Shown: in pieces, positions 1 to 7,595 of the stretch
Layout of the letters: every line of letters starts with the position of its first letter
Numbering within the stretch: the stretch's first letter is position 1
Assembly (NCBI GenBank): GCA_040773125.1
Contig: JAXGWV010000001.1
Coordinates: 1-45,466 of the forward strand
From: Candidatus Dojkabacteria bacterium
GTDB taxonomy: Bacteria; Patescibacteriota; Dojkabacteria; SC72
DNA length: 45,466 bases
Direction: 5' to 3'
Program-made: the position numbers and the translations under genes
The notes under the pieces: generated by a model
The model's input: only the letters and a program-made list of their open reading frames with translations
Databases searched by the model: none
What the model was told of the DNA's origin: nothing

Positions 1-104
1 GGGTTAAAGAATATCATCCTGATGTATTAAATAGAGTTATTAAGGGTTTACAAGAAAGAAATTATAAATTTAAGAATAAGAAGTGGCTTAAGTATAACAA
101 GTAA
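1..104 (+). CDS. C-terminal fragment of an unidentified protein (CDS enters from left window edge)
   Basis: Frame 3 is open from the edge (..VKEYHPDVLNRVIKGLQERNYKFKNKKWLKYNK) and stops at TAA 102-104. Too short to assign a family. Confidence 0.3.
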   Translation, partial: VKEYHPDVLNRVIKGLQERNYKFKNKKWLKYNK

Positions 105-287
105 TTTTCTTTATACCACATAAGCATTCTACCTTCGAACCAAGAGGTTTAAAAAACATCTCTTTTTAGACCCTTTTCATACACCAGGCCTTACTTTTGA
201 GAACTTCGCTTTTTAAGGCCAAAATAACTCAATCCCCATAAGGGTTTTGAAACATAGTGGACGGGTCTTGTTGGAACATGTTGAAAA

Positions 288-377
288 TGGCGGAGAGAGA
301 GGGATTCGAACCCCCGGTTTGGAAAACCAAACAAAGCTTTTCGAGAGCTTCCCTTTCAACCACTCAGGCATCTCTCC
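288..377 (-). tRNA. tRNA-Ser (anticodon CGA), CCA encoded
   Basis: Reverse complement is GGAGAGATGCCTGAGTGGTTGAAAGGGAAGCTCTCGAAAAGCTTTGTTTGGTTTTCCAAACCGGGGGTTCGAATCCCTCTCTCTCCGCCA. It has a 7-bp acceptor stem, anticodon stem AAGCT/AGCTT with loop CT-CGA-AA, a long variable arm (TTTGG/CCAAA) and a GTTCGAATC T-loop. Confidence 0.93.
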
Positions 378-385
378 AACTCTAA

Positions 386-394
386 ATTATATCA
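386..394 (-). promoter_or_regulatory. Extended -10 promoter element (TGATATAAT) for tRNA-Ser(CGA)
   Basis: Plus-strand attatatca is TGATATAAT on the minus strand. It lies 8 nt upstream of the mature tRNA 5' end (377). Confidence 0.5.
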
Positions 395-398
395 TCAA

Positions 399-1070
399 TT
401 AAACCTTTTCTAGTGGAACATACTCCCCAAAAGACAATACATCAACTTTACTGAGTTTCTTTCTAATATCTCTATACAGAAGTTTCTTTTGAAGAATTAC
501 AAATATTGGATCCTTGTCTTTCTCGTTACAAAGTAATACAAGGACTTTAGGGAAATTAAGCTTAGTTTGAACTAGGAGAGTATACATATTTCCCTTTTTA
601 CAGAAGTAAAAGTCTTCAAGTTGATACCATTCGTAGAGTTTCCCAGCTGTATCTATTCCTCTTGCAGTTATCTTATGTTTTGCAATTAATGGTTTGGTAG
701 TAGCAGATGCATATATTACAAAAAGAACAGAGATTATGGCTGCAATCAAAAAGTAATGACCAAGAACAGCAAGAAGGGCAATGAAAAGAAGAGAAATTAC
801 AACAATGATTAAAAAGTTTCTACTTTGAAGCTTTATCTGATATCTTTCTGGTGCAGACCACTCAAAGAGTTTAATATTTTGAACTACTTTCTTATTCTGA
901 ACTGGATCCTCCTCCAATTTAGCTTTACCTTCAACAATATCTTTTCTTCTCCTGTTCTTTTCTTCTTTAATAGCTTCTTTCTTTGCCTTTGCTATTCCCT
1001 CCTCTTTTTCTCGAAGTGCCTTCTCTCCAGTTAAGAGATCTGCCAATTTTTTCATACTGTCGTTTTCCAT
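399..1070 (-). CDS. Hypothetical membrane protein (K/E-rich coiled N-terminus, two TM helices, globular C-terminal domain)
   Basis: 223-aa ORF. The charged N-terminal ~70 aa are followed by the hydrophobic stretches FLIIVVISLLFIALLAVLG and FLIAAIISVLFVIYA. No family recognised. Confidence 0.6.
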   Translation of the reverse strand: MENDSMKKLADLLTGEKALREKEEGIAKAKKEAIKEEKNRRRKDIVEGKAKLEEDPVQNKKVVQNIKLFEWSAPERYQIKLQSRNFLIIVVISLLFIALLAVLGHYFLIAAIISVLFVIYASATTKPLIAKHKITARGIDTAGKLYEWYQLEDFYFCKKGNMYTLLVQTKLNFPKVLVLLCNEKDKDPIFVILQKKLLYRDIRKKLSKVDVLSFGEYVPLEKV

Positions 1071-1083
1071 ATTTCTAGACTAA

Positions 1084-1452
1084 TCATACCACAAAAATGA
1101 GTAACAGTAGAACAATAAGGATTCCAATACCCCACGGGAAACTGATAATGTGAAAAATATGTAAAACGAAAGCTACAAGAATTCCCAAAGAAATTATTAG
1201 GGAAAACTTAATGCTATTTCTTATTCTCAACTTTTCAGACATTTCCTTCTTAAATATTTTATATGATTGGTAGAAAACTATATTTAAAAAGGAGAAGAGT
1301 GAGAGGAGAGAAAAAGTTACAAAAACGAACAGGTTACTCCAATTAACTTCATGCGAAGAAACAGTTGGTAGAAAGTTTTGGTTCTGAAATAAATAATACA
1401 AGAAACTTACGCAGAAGCTGAAAAGAAAGAAAAAGGTTAAAGTAAATTTCAT
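1084..1452 (-). CDS. Hypothetical small integral membrane protein
   Basis: 122-aa ORF, about 4 hydrophobic segments, ending 13 nt upstream of the next gene. It is the only CDS I checked that ends in TGA. Confidence 0.5.
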   Translation of the reverse strand: MKFTLTFFFLFSFCVSFLYYLFQNQNFLPTVSSHEVNWSNLFVFVTFSLLSLFSFLNIVFYQSYKIFKKEMSEKLRIRNSIKFSLIISLGILVAFVLHIFHIISFPWGIGILIVLLLLIFVV

Positions 1453-1529
1453 AAATGTTCTTTTACTAGGATTTAATTATTCATATACATAAAATTAATC
1501 TTTGCCTATTAAATTTACTCTTCTTATAG

Positions 1530-2207
1530 ATGAATATCCTAATTATAGAGAATTCCTCGACTCTTTCACAGATTATGGAAAAGACTCTTGATTCATATGG
1601 CTATAAAGTAACTTTAGATAATGATAATTTTGCAAGTAAGGTATATGTAAAAAACGGGATATTTGAATTTGTAATACTAAATACAAAGCTTTCAGGAGAA
1701 AAGAGTGAGGAAATTCTTTCATATATAATTAAGCATAGCCCTAATAGTAAGGTTTTAGGTGTTTGTAATAATGGGGGTTGGCCGGAAAAGGTAAATTTCT
1801 TAAATCATGGAGGAGATGATGTTCTGACATACCCTTTCCCCATGCAAGAGCTTCTGGCTAGAATTCAATCTCTAAGTAGAAGACCAAAATCATATGTTGA
1901 CAACAGTCTCTATTTAGGAGATTTGGTATTGGATACAAGTAGTAAAAGTATATACAAAGAAAATGAAGAAATTGAAGTAAGAAACAAAGAGTATGACCTT
2001 TTTGAATACTTGGTTAGGAACAAAGAGAGACCAATCTCAAGATGTGAGTTACTTGATCATGTTTGGGACTATAGAGAATATGTAGGATCAAATACTATTG
2101 ATGTACATATAAACAGACTAAGAAAGAAACTAAAGGATAGCAATATAATAGAAACTGTACATGGAATTGGATATGTTGTAAGAGATAGAAAGCCTAGGAA
2201 AGAATAA
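1530..2207 (+). CDS. OmpR/PhoB-family winged-helix regulator with a degenerate (pseudo-)receiver domain
   Basis: The C-terminal wHTH is clear (NKEYDLFEYLVRN..., TIDVHINRLRKKL, IETVHGIGYVV). The N-terminal receiver fold is alignable to PhoB, but the key residues are substituted (see finding). Confidence 0.85.
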   Translation: MNILIIENSSTLSQIMEKTLDSYGYKVTLDNDNFASKVYVKNGIFEFVILNTKLSGEKSEEILSYIIKHSPNSKVLGVCNNGGWPEKVNFLNHGGDDVLTYPFPMQELLARIQSLSRRPKSYVDNSLYLGDLVLDTSSKSIYKENEEIEVRNKEYDLFEYLVRNKERPISRCELLDHVWDYREYVGSNTIDVHINRLRKKLKDSNIIETVHGIGYVVRDRKPRKE

Positions 2208-2245
2208 AAGATTGAACTCTCCATTAATATATAATATAGTATCCA

Positions 2246-2278
2246 TATAAACACCCCATATACTTTATTTTACCAATA
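2246..2278 (+). promoter_or_regulatory. Upstream motif copy 1 (TATAAACACCCCAT ... TTATTTTACCAATA) in front of the 78-aa ORF
   Basis: The two 14-mers at 2246-2259 and 2265-2278 each match the copy at 2531-2558 with one mismatch. TATAAA could serve as a -10. Confidence 0.35.
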
Positions 2279-2283
2279 ATATT

Positions 2284-2520
2284 ATGGAAGGATCTGATAG
2301 TGAGAGATTAGATTCTAAACCAAATAGCCAGGATAGTGACAATACTCTAGGATTTTCACTTGACCAGTTCCCTCACCAATTAATTGAGAAATTAAAGGGG
2401 GATGACAAGCTATACAAACGTTTCATGGATGAATTTACCAAGGGATCAAAACCAAGGCAAGATGAAATAATAATACCTTCTCCATTAGATATGGACTACC
2501 CAGACTTAGCCAAACGATAA
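2284..2520 (+). CDS. Hypothetical small acidic protein
   Basis: 78-aa ORF, S/D/E-rich N-terminus, no TM segment or signal peptide. It shares an upstream motif with the next gene. Confidence 0.45.
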   Translation: MEGSDSERLDSKPNSQDSDNTLGFSLDQFPHQLIEKLKGDDKLYKRFMDEFTKGSKPRQDEIIIPSPLDMDYPDLAKR

Positions 2521-2530
2521 TACCTAACCC

Positions 2531-2558
2531 TATAAACTCCCCATTTATTTTAACAATA
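2531..2558 (+). promoter_or_regulatory. Upstream motif copy 2 (TATAAACTCCCCAT + TTATTTTAACAATA) in front of the repeat-protein gene
   Basis: Same two 14-mers as at 2246-2278, here directly abutting. The motif ends 7 nt before ATG 2566. Confidence 0.35.
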
Positions 2559-2565
2559 GATAAAT

Positions 2566-4299
2566 ATGGAAACTTCAGAGTTTGAACAAGAAGAAAATAC
2601 TCTCTCTTCTGATGATGGGGAATTGATTCCTTGTGATGTTGTCCAAGGATATGAAGAAGATCTTCCATCTGATACACAGAGAGATTCCACCCTTAAGGAT
2701 GCTGAATATGATTTAGGAAACGATATGGAAATTTTATTAATCGCTGTAGCAGGGGATGAAGATGCCCTAGAATTTGCTTCAGAAAGATTAAGAAACGATA
2801 GTGCATTTGTATTACAAGCTGTTGAAAAGAATGGTGAGGCCTTACGTTGGGTTTCAGAAGATTTAAGAAGCAATATGGAGATTGTAATGGCTGCTGTTAC
2901 GAGTAACGGATTGGCTCTAGAATATGCATCTCATGAATTGCAAAATGATCTGGCCATTGTAATGAAAGCTGTTGAGAATGATGGATATGCTTTAGGATTT
3001 GCTTCTCCAGAATTGCAAAATGACGAGGGAGTTGTCATGAAAGCTATTGAAGATAGCGTAGATGCTTTGTACTGGGCTTCAGATGCATTAAAGAATAATC
3101 CAATGGTTATAACGAAAGCTGTTACTAATAACGGCATGGCATTAAAATATGCTTCTCCTGAATTACAAAACGATATAGATATAGTGATACAGGCTGTTAA
3201 AAAAGATGGACGTGCCTTAATATTTGCTTCAGACACATTAAGAAATGACAAGGGAGTTGTAATTACAGCTGTTGAAAATGATGGATTGGCTTTAATATAT
3301 GCTTCAAGAGGATTAAGAAGTGACAGAGAGGTTGTAATGAAGGCTGTTGAAAACAATGGACATGCTTTAGAATTTGCTTCTACCGAATTGCAAAATGATT
3401 TGGCCGTTGTAATGAAAGCTGTTGAAAGTGATGGAAGTGCTTTAGAGTTTGCTTCTAAAGAATTAAGAAGTGATAAGGCTGTTGTCATGAAGGCTGTTGA
3501 GAAAGATGGATATGCTTTGAGATTTGCATCCCCTGAATTACAAAATGACGAGGAGGTTGTCAGGAAGGCTATTGAGAATTCCGCAGGTGCCCTAGAGTAT
3601 GCTTCAGAAGAATTAAGAGGTAATAGAGAGATTGTAATGATAGCAGTTAGGGAAAATGGATATATATTAAAATATGCTTCTCCTGCATTACAAAATGATA
3701 GAGAGGTTGTGATGATGGCTGTTGAAAATTTTGGATATGCCTTAAAATATGCATCCCATGAATTGCAAAATGATAGAGAAGTTGTAATGAAAGCTGTTGA
3801 GAATGATGGCTTTGTTTTATGCTGGGTCCCAGAAAAATTTAGGAAGGATGAAGAGGTTGTGATGAAAGCTGTTAAAAATAACGGGATGGCACTACAAGGT
3901 GCTTCAGATGAACTAAAAAACAATAAAAAGGTTGTGATGATGGCTGTCGAAAATGATGGACATGCTTTAGAATTTGCTTCTCACAAACTTCAAAATAATA
4001 AAAAAATAGTAATGATAGCTGTTGAAAATTATAAAGATGCTTTGGTATATGCTTCACATAAATTACAGAATGATTATGATGTTGTAGTGAAAGCCGTTTC
4101 GAAGAACGGTAGCATTTTAAGATTTGCTTCCCATACATTGAGAGGAAATAGAAAGATTGTAATACAGGCTGTTACAAATGACGGACTTGCATTACGATTT
4201 GCCTCAGATGAATTAAGAAAAGATAGAGGAGTTGTATTGATTGCTGTAGCAAATAATGGAAAAGCATTAAAATATGCTTCCAATACAGAAAGATATTAA
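2566..4299 (+). CDS. Tandem-repeat protein, DUF4116-like (21 x 25-aa repeats)
   Basis: 577-aa ORF. A 53-aa acidic N-terminus is followed by uninterrupted repeats of consensus xxVVMKAVENDGxALxFASxELQND. Confidence 0.85.
   Translation: METSEFEQEENTLSSDDGELIPCDVVQGYEEDLPSDTQRDSTLKDAEYDLGNDMEILLIAVAGDEDALEFASERLRNDSAFVLQAVEKNGEALRWVSEDLRSNMEIVMAAVTSNGLALEYASHELQNDLAIVMKAVENDGYALGFASPELQNDEGVVMKAIEDSVDALYWASDALKNNPMVITKAVTNNGMALKYASPELQNDIDIVIQAVKKDGRALIFASDTLRNDKGVVITAVENDGLALIYASRGLRSDREVVMKAVENNGHALEFASTELQNDLAVVMKAVESDGSALEFASKELRSDKAVVMKAVEKDGYALRFASPELQNDEEVVRKAIENSAGALEYASEELRGNREIVMIAVRENGYILKYASPALQNDREVVMMAVENFGYALKYASHELQNDREVVMKAVENDGFVLCWVPEKFRKDEEVVMKAVKNNGMALQGASDELKNNKKVVMMAVENDGHALEFASHKLQNNKKIVMIAVENYKDALVYASHKLQNDYDVVVKAVSKNGSILRFASHTLRGNRKIVIQAVTNDGLALRFASDELRKDRGVVLIAVANNGKALKYASNTERY
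2725..4296 (+). repeat. Coding tandem repeat array, 75-bp period, 21 units, no indels
   Basis: Unit i starts at 2725+75(i-1). The identical 28-mer ttgtaatgaaagctgttgagaatgatgg occurs at 2957 and 3782, which is 825 nt or 11 units apart. Confidence 0.95.
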
Positions 4300-4341
4300 T
4301 AACTCTACACTATACTTAAAAGAAATAGCTAAAGTAGAAAT

Positions 4342-5463
4342 CTAAAGCATCATAGGCATTACCAAGTGTACAAAGTCATCATCCCCCTCAATAAGGAAGA
4401 CTCCTGGTTTTACAGGATCAGTACACTGGAATACTAAATCTTCAGAATCTAAATGATTTAATATATCAGATAGAAGTTTTGCACTAAAAGCAATTTTAAT
4501 ATCCTTTCCTTTTATATCTCCATTAAAAATACTCTGATTTTTACCTAAATCACTTTGAACAGCAGATAAAGCTATTTTCCCATCTTTTGCATTAATATCC
4601 AAAATCATCTTGTTTCCAAGTACAGATCTGGCAATTATATTCACAACTTTCAATGAATTTAGAAAATCTTCTCTTTTAATAATGCATTTGGTCTCAAAAC
4701 CAGTAGGAATAATCTGCTTGTACTCAGGATACTCCCCATCTATTAATCTTGAAACTAAATCAACATCTGATAATCGGAATAATACTTGATTTCTATCCTC
4801 TAAAAGATAGATATTTACCCATTCCTCATCAGTGTCCAACTCTGAGATTATATATGTTAATTCAGAAAAAGCTCTTACAGGAACCAAAAAACTCTTTTTT
4901 CCACTACCCTTCTCAATCTTAACACTCTGCCTAGACAATCTATACCCATCTGTGGCTACAAATGATACCTTGTCATCTTCAACTTCAACCTTAACTCCTG
5001 TCAAAACAGGTTTAATATCATCACTAGCTGCTGCGAAAGCAACCCTGTTTACTGCTTCTACAATATCTGTTTTTTTAACTCTAAAGTCATATTTTCTTTT
5101 TCCTACTTCTGGAATATTTGGAAAATCCTCAGATGGCATTGTATTAAAGCTAGCAGTATTGTTTGATGTTGAGATATTAAAGTTTTGTTTTACAATTTCA
5201 ATATCAACCTTTTCTTCCGGAATAGAATTAACAAATTCTGAAAGTTGTTTAGCTGGAGCTGTAGTCTTTCCATCTTCTTTAATATCTGCCCCAATCCATG
5301 TGTTAATGCTTAATTCCAAGTCTGTTGTTTTCATTGTGAGCTTGCCATTGTCTGTCTCAAACATTACATTACTTAAAATTGGTAATCCTGGTTTTGATGT
5401 TACTACTCTACTTACAATGTTTAAGTATTTTGAGAATGTATCTTGATTACAAGTGAATTTCAT
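4342..5463 (-). CDS. dnaN: DNA polymerase III beta subunit (sliding clamp)
   Basis: 373 aa. It has a typical N-terminus (MKFTCNQDTFSKYLNIVSRVV...), three-domain length, and sits immediately downstream of dnaA. Confidence 0.93.
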   Translation of the reverse strand: MKFTCNQDTFSKYLNIVSRVVTSKPGLPILSNVMFETDNGKLTMKTTDLELSINTWIGADIKEDGKTTAPAKQLSEFVNSIPEEKVDIEIVKQNFNISTSNNTASFNTMPSEDFPNIPEVGKRKYDFRVKKTDIVEAVNRVAFAAASDDIKPVLTGVKVEVEDDKVSFVATDGYRLSRQSVKIEKGSGKKSFLVPVRAFSELTYIISELDTDEEWVNIYLLEDRNQVLFRLSDVDLVSRLIDGEYPEYKQIIPTGFETKCIIKREDFLNSLKVVNIIARSVLGNKMILDINAKDGKIALSAVQSDLGKNQSIFNGDIKGKDIKIAFSAKLLSDILNHLDSEDLVFQCTDPVKPGVFLIEGDDDFVHLVMPMML

Positions 5464-5918
5464 TTTTCAATAAAATCATATTTTAAATAATGGGTAGTTT
5501 TCTTAATACAGAAATCTGATATCCAATTATACATTAATTTCTCCACAAGTGTATCTATTAATTTATAATTTAATTAAATATCTTAGAAAAAGTAGTAGAC
5601 AGTATGGATAAGTAGATAACTCTAATTAATTTCCTTATTGATATTGTTAGCAATGGATTTTTTCTTCTTATGAAGTCGTGGATATCTTTGTACTTAATAG
5701 TTCTTTTAGAATTCTAAATATCTTGTAAGGGTAGCATATATCAATGTGGATTATTTTTTTGGATAACTTAGGATATCTTGAAGCATTTTGTGGATATCTG
5801 GGTAGCCGCAAAATGTTGTTGCAAAAACATTTTAACGAGCTCATGCGATTTGTTAGCTGTTTTTTAATGTCAAAATCAAAAAATTATCCAGTACTTATTC
5901 ACAAGGTTATCCACATCC
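5464..5918. other. Candidate oriC (dnaA-dnaN spacer): DnaA boxes + DnaA-trio-like triplets + AT-rich unwinding element
   Basis: One perfect TTATCCACA box lies at 5907-5915. One-mismatch boxes lie at 5539-5547, 5603-5611(rc), 5745-5753(rc), 5758-5766(rc) and 5789-5797(rc). Two-mismatch boxes lie at 5677-5685(rc) and 5884-5892. A pure A/T run spans 5556-5581 and the triplets TAG AAA AAG TAG TAG span 5584-5598. Confidence 0.7.
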
Positions 5919-7349
5919 TCACTCTCTAAGTAGTCGAATGCATTTATCTACCTTTTCTCCGAACCTATTATCCTTTGAAATTAGTTTCTCAATTTTATCA
6001 TAGGCATGAAGAACCGTAGTATGGTCCTTTCTGTTCACTTCTCTTGCAACTCTTTCAAGAGGGAATTGTAATTCCTTTCGTAGAATATACATAACTACCT
6101 GTCTGCACTGTGCAACATATGCAGTTCTACGGCTTCCTTTAATATCCGATGGCTTTACATCAAAAACTTCACTTACAGTAGAGATTACTTTAGAGGTAGT
6201 AATTTTCTTTCTTTTTGAATCTAAATCAACTTGAAGAATTTTTGCAATATCCTCCTCGCTTGGGTTTAAGCCTATTCTGTAAAGGGAAGAAACTTTTGTT
6301 AATGCTCCTTCTAGTTCTCTAATATTACTTTCAATATTTTTTGCAATCATCTCTAAATACTCATTAGGAATACTTAAGTTCTTCTCCTCAAGAGATTGTT
6401 GAAGAATTGCTAATCTAGTTTCATAATCTGGAGGTTGAATGTCTGCAACCATTCCTCCTTGAAATCGTGTCCTAAGTCTCTCTGTTATGTTTTTTATCTC
6501 TTTTGGTGGTCTATCTGAAGCAAGGACAATTTGTTTGTTTGAATCGTAAAGTGCATTAAAGGTATGGAAAAGTTCCTCTTGTGTTCTTGGAAACATCTCA
6601 ACAAACTGAACATCATCTATCATTAACAAATCAACTGTTCTATATTTATTCCTGAAATCCTCATTTCTTTTAGTTTTAATGGCATCTACCATTTCATTTA
6701 AGAATGTTTCAGTAGTTGTATATACAACTTTTTTGGAAGAATCTTGTTTAAGAACCTCATTCCCAATAGCCTGCATAAGATGTGTTTTCCCGAGGCCACT
6801 GTTGCCGTAAAAGAAAACAGGATTATATGCATTCCCTAAATCGTTTGAAACAGCCTCAGCTACTGCCTCAGCAAGTTCATTACTTTTTCCTACAATGAAA
6901 TTAGAAAAAAGATATCTTGGGTTTAAATTCGAATTTTCCAGGCTCTGTAAAAATCTTTCCTTCTGTTTCTGACTTGAGGAAAAAAGATCAAGAGATTCTC
7001 CCTCTTTCGGGTCATGGTATTCATAGCCATCTTTTTTAGTAGAATTTGAACTTGATTTAAAATTAATCTCTACTTCATAGTTAACGCCACTAGCTTTTCT
7101 TAATGCCTGTTTAATAGATGCTTTGTAGTCCCTTAAGATTTTCTCTCTTTTATATTCTGTATCACATGTAAATTGCACAATTCCATTTCCAATATTTTCA
7201 ATATACACACCTGTAAAAAGACTTAAAAAAATTCTATTTCCGAGCATTAGTTTTAAGTGCTCTTTAGTTAATTTCCACAATTCATCACTATCCTCATTAG
7301 AATTGGGTTGTATATTTTCGAAGTAACTTTTAAAATCAGCCTTATTCAT
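5919..7349 (-). CDS. dnaA: Chromosomal replication initiator DnaA
   Basis: 476 aa. It has a Walker A (GNSGLGKTHLMQAIGN), Walker B (VDLLMIDDVQF), and a C-terminal DNA-binding domain (RRTAYVAQCRQVVMYILR...DHTTVLHAYDKI). Confidence 0.97.
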   Translation of the reverse strand: MNKADFKSYFENIQPNSNEDSDELWKLTKEHLKLMLGNRIFLSLFTGVYIENIGNGIVQFTCDTEYKREKILRDYKASIKQALRKASGVNYEVEINFKSSSNSTKKDGYEYHDPKEGESLDLFSSSQKQKERFLQSLENSNLNPRYLFSNFIVGKSNELAEAVAEAVSNDLGNAYNPVFFYGNSGLGKTHLMQAIGNEVLKQDSSKKVVYTTTETFLNEMVDAIKTKRNEDFRNKYRTVDLLMIDDVQFVEMFPRTQEELFHTFNALYDSNKQIVLASDRPPKEIKNITERLRTRFQGGMVADIQPPDYETRLAILQQSLEEKNLSIPNEYLEMIAKNIESNIRELEGALTKVSSLYRIGLNPSEEDIAKILQVDLDSKRKKITTSKVISTVSEVFDVKPSDIKGSRRTAYVAQCRQVVMYILRKELQFPLERVAREVNRKDHTTVLHAYDKIEKLISKDNRFGEKVDKCIRLLRE

Positions 7350-7438
7350 TGGTTAGCAATTTAACTTAAAGACAGTTTTCTGGGGGGCAGTCTATGGTCG
7401 ATTGGGACTCTTTCTCATTATATTCATTTTTGGGAAAA

Positions 7439-7505
7439 TGTGGATATCTTTTTTTCTTTACTAAAAAATCCCTATTAAAAGGTCTTTTTAAGAGTATGTG
7501 TATAA
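7439..7505. other. DnaA-box-like sites upstream of dnaA (possible second origin/autoregulatory cluster)
   Basis: tgtggatat at 7439-7447 is the rc of ATATCCACA. tgtgtataa at 7497-7505 is the rc of TTATACACA. Each has one mismatch to the consensus. Confidence 0.4.
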
Positions 7506-7536
7506 CTCTAATAATATTAGAGAAAAATTTATTAAT

Positions 7537-7565
7537 TTGCTAAATGTAATTGCTTCCTATATAAT
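7537..7565 (+). promoter_or_regulatory. Candidate sigma-70-type promoter of rpmH operon
   Basis: TTGCTA (7537-7542), a 17-nt spacer, then TATAAT (7560-7565). It ends 30 nt upstream of the rpmH ATG. Confidence 0.5.
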
Positions 7566-7595
7566 CTGCTTGATTTCACATTTATCAGAAATAAT

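Noticed and set aside
2931-4283. Long antisense ORFs (2931-3923, 3872-4138, 4074-4283, also 2550-2873) opposite the repeat-protein gene
   Set aside because: These are shadow ORFs. The 75-bp periodic codon pattern of the sense strand keeps the complementary frame open. Their translations are low-complexity S/F/T/A repeats, and the sense ORF has the coherent repeat consensus.
2725-4296. 75-bp tandem array as a possible CRISPR or non-coding satellite
   Set aside because: The units are contiguous with no spacers, diverge mainly at synonymous or conservative positions, and stay in one uninterrupted 577-codon frame. This is a coding repeat, not a CRISPR array.
4832-5446. 204-aa plus-strand ORF inside dnaN
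   Set aside because: It is antisense to a confidently identified dnaN, and its translation is low-complexity S/L/T-rich.
5744-5929. 61-aa ORF within the dnaA-dnaN spacer
   Set aside because: It lies across the DnaA-box cluster and has no start context or family. The region is better explained as oriC.
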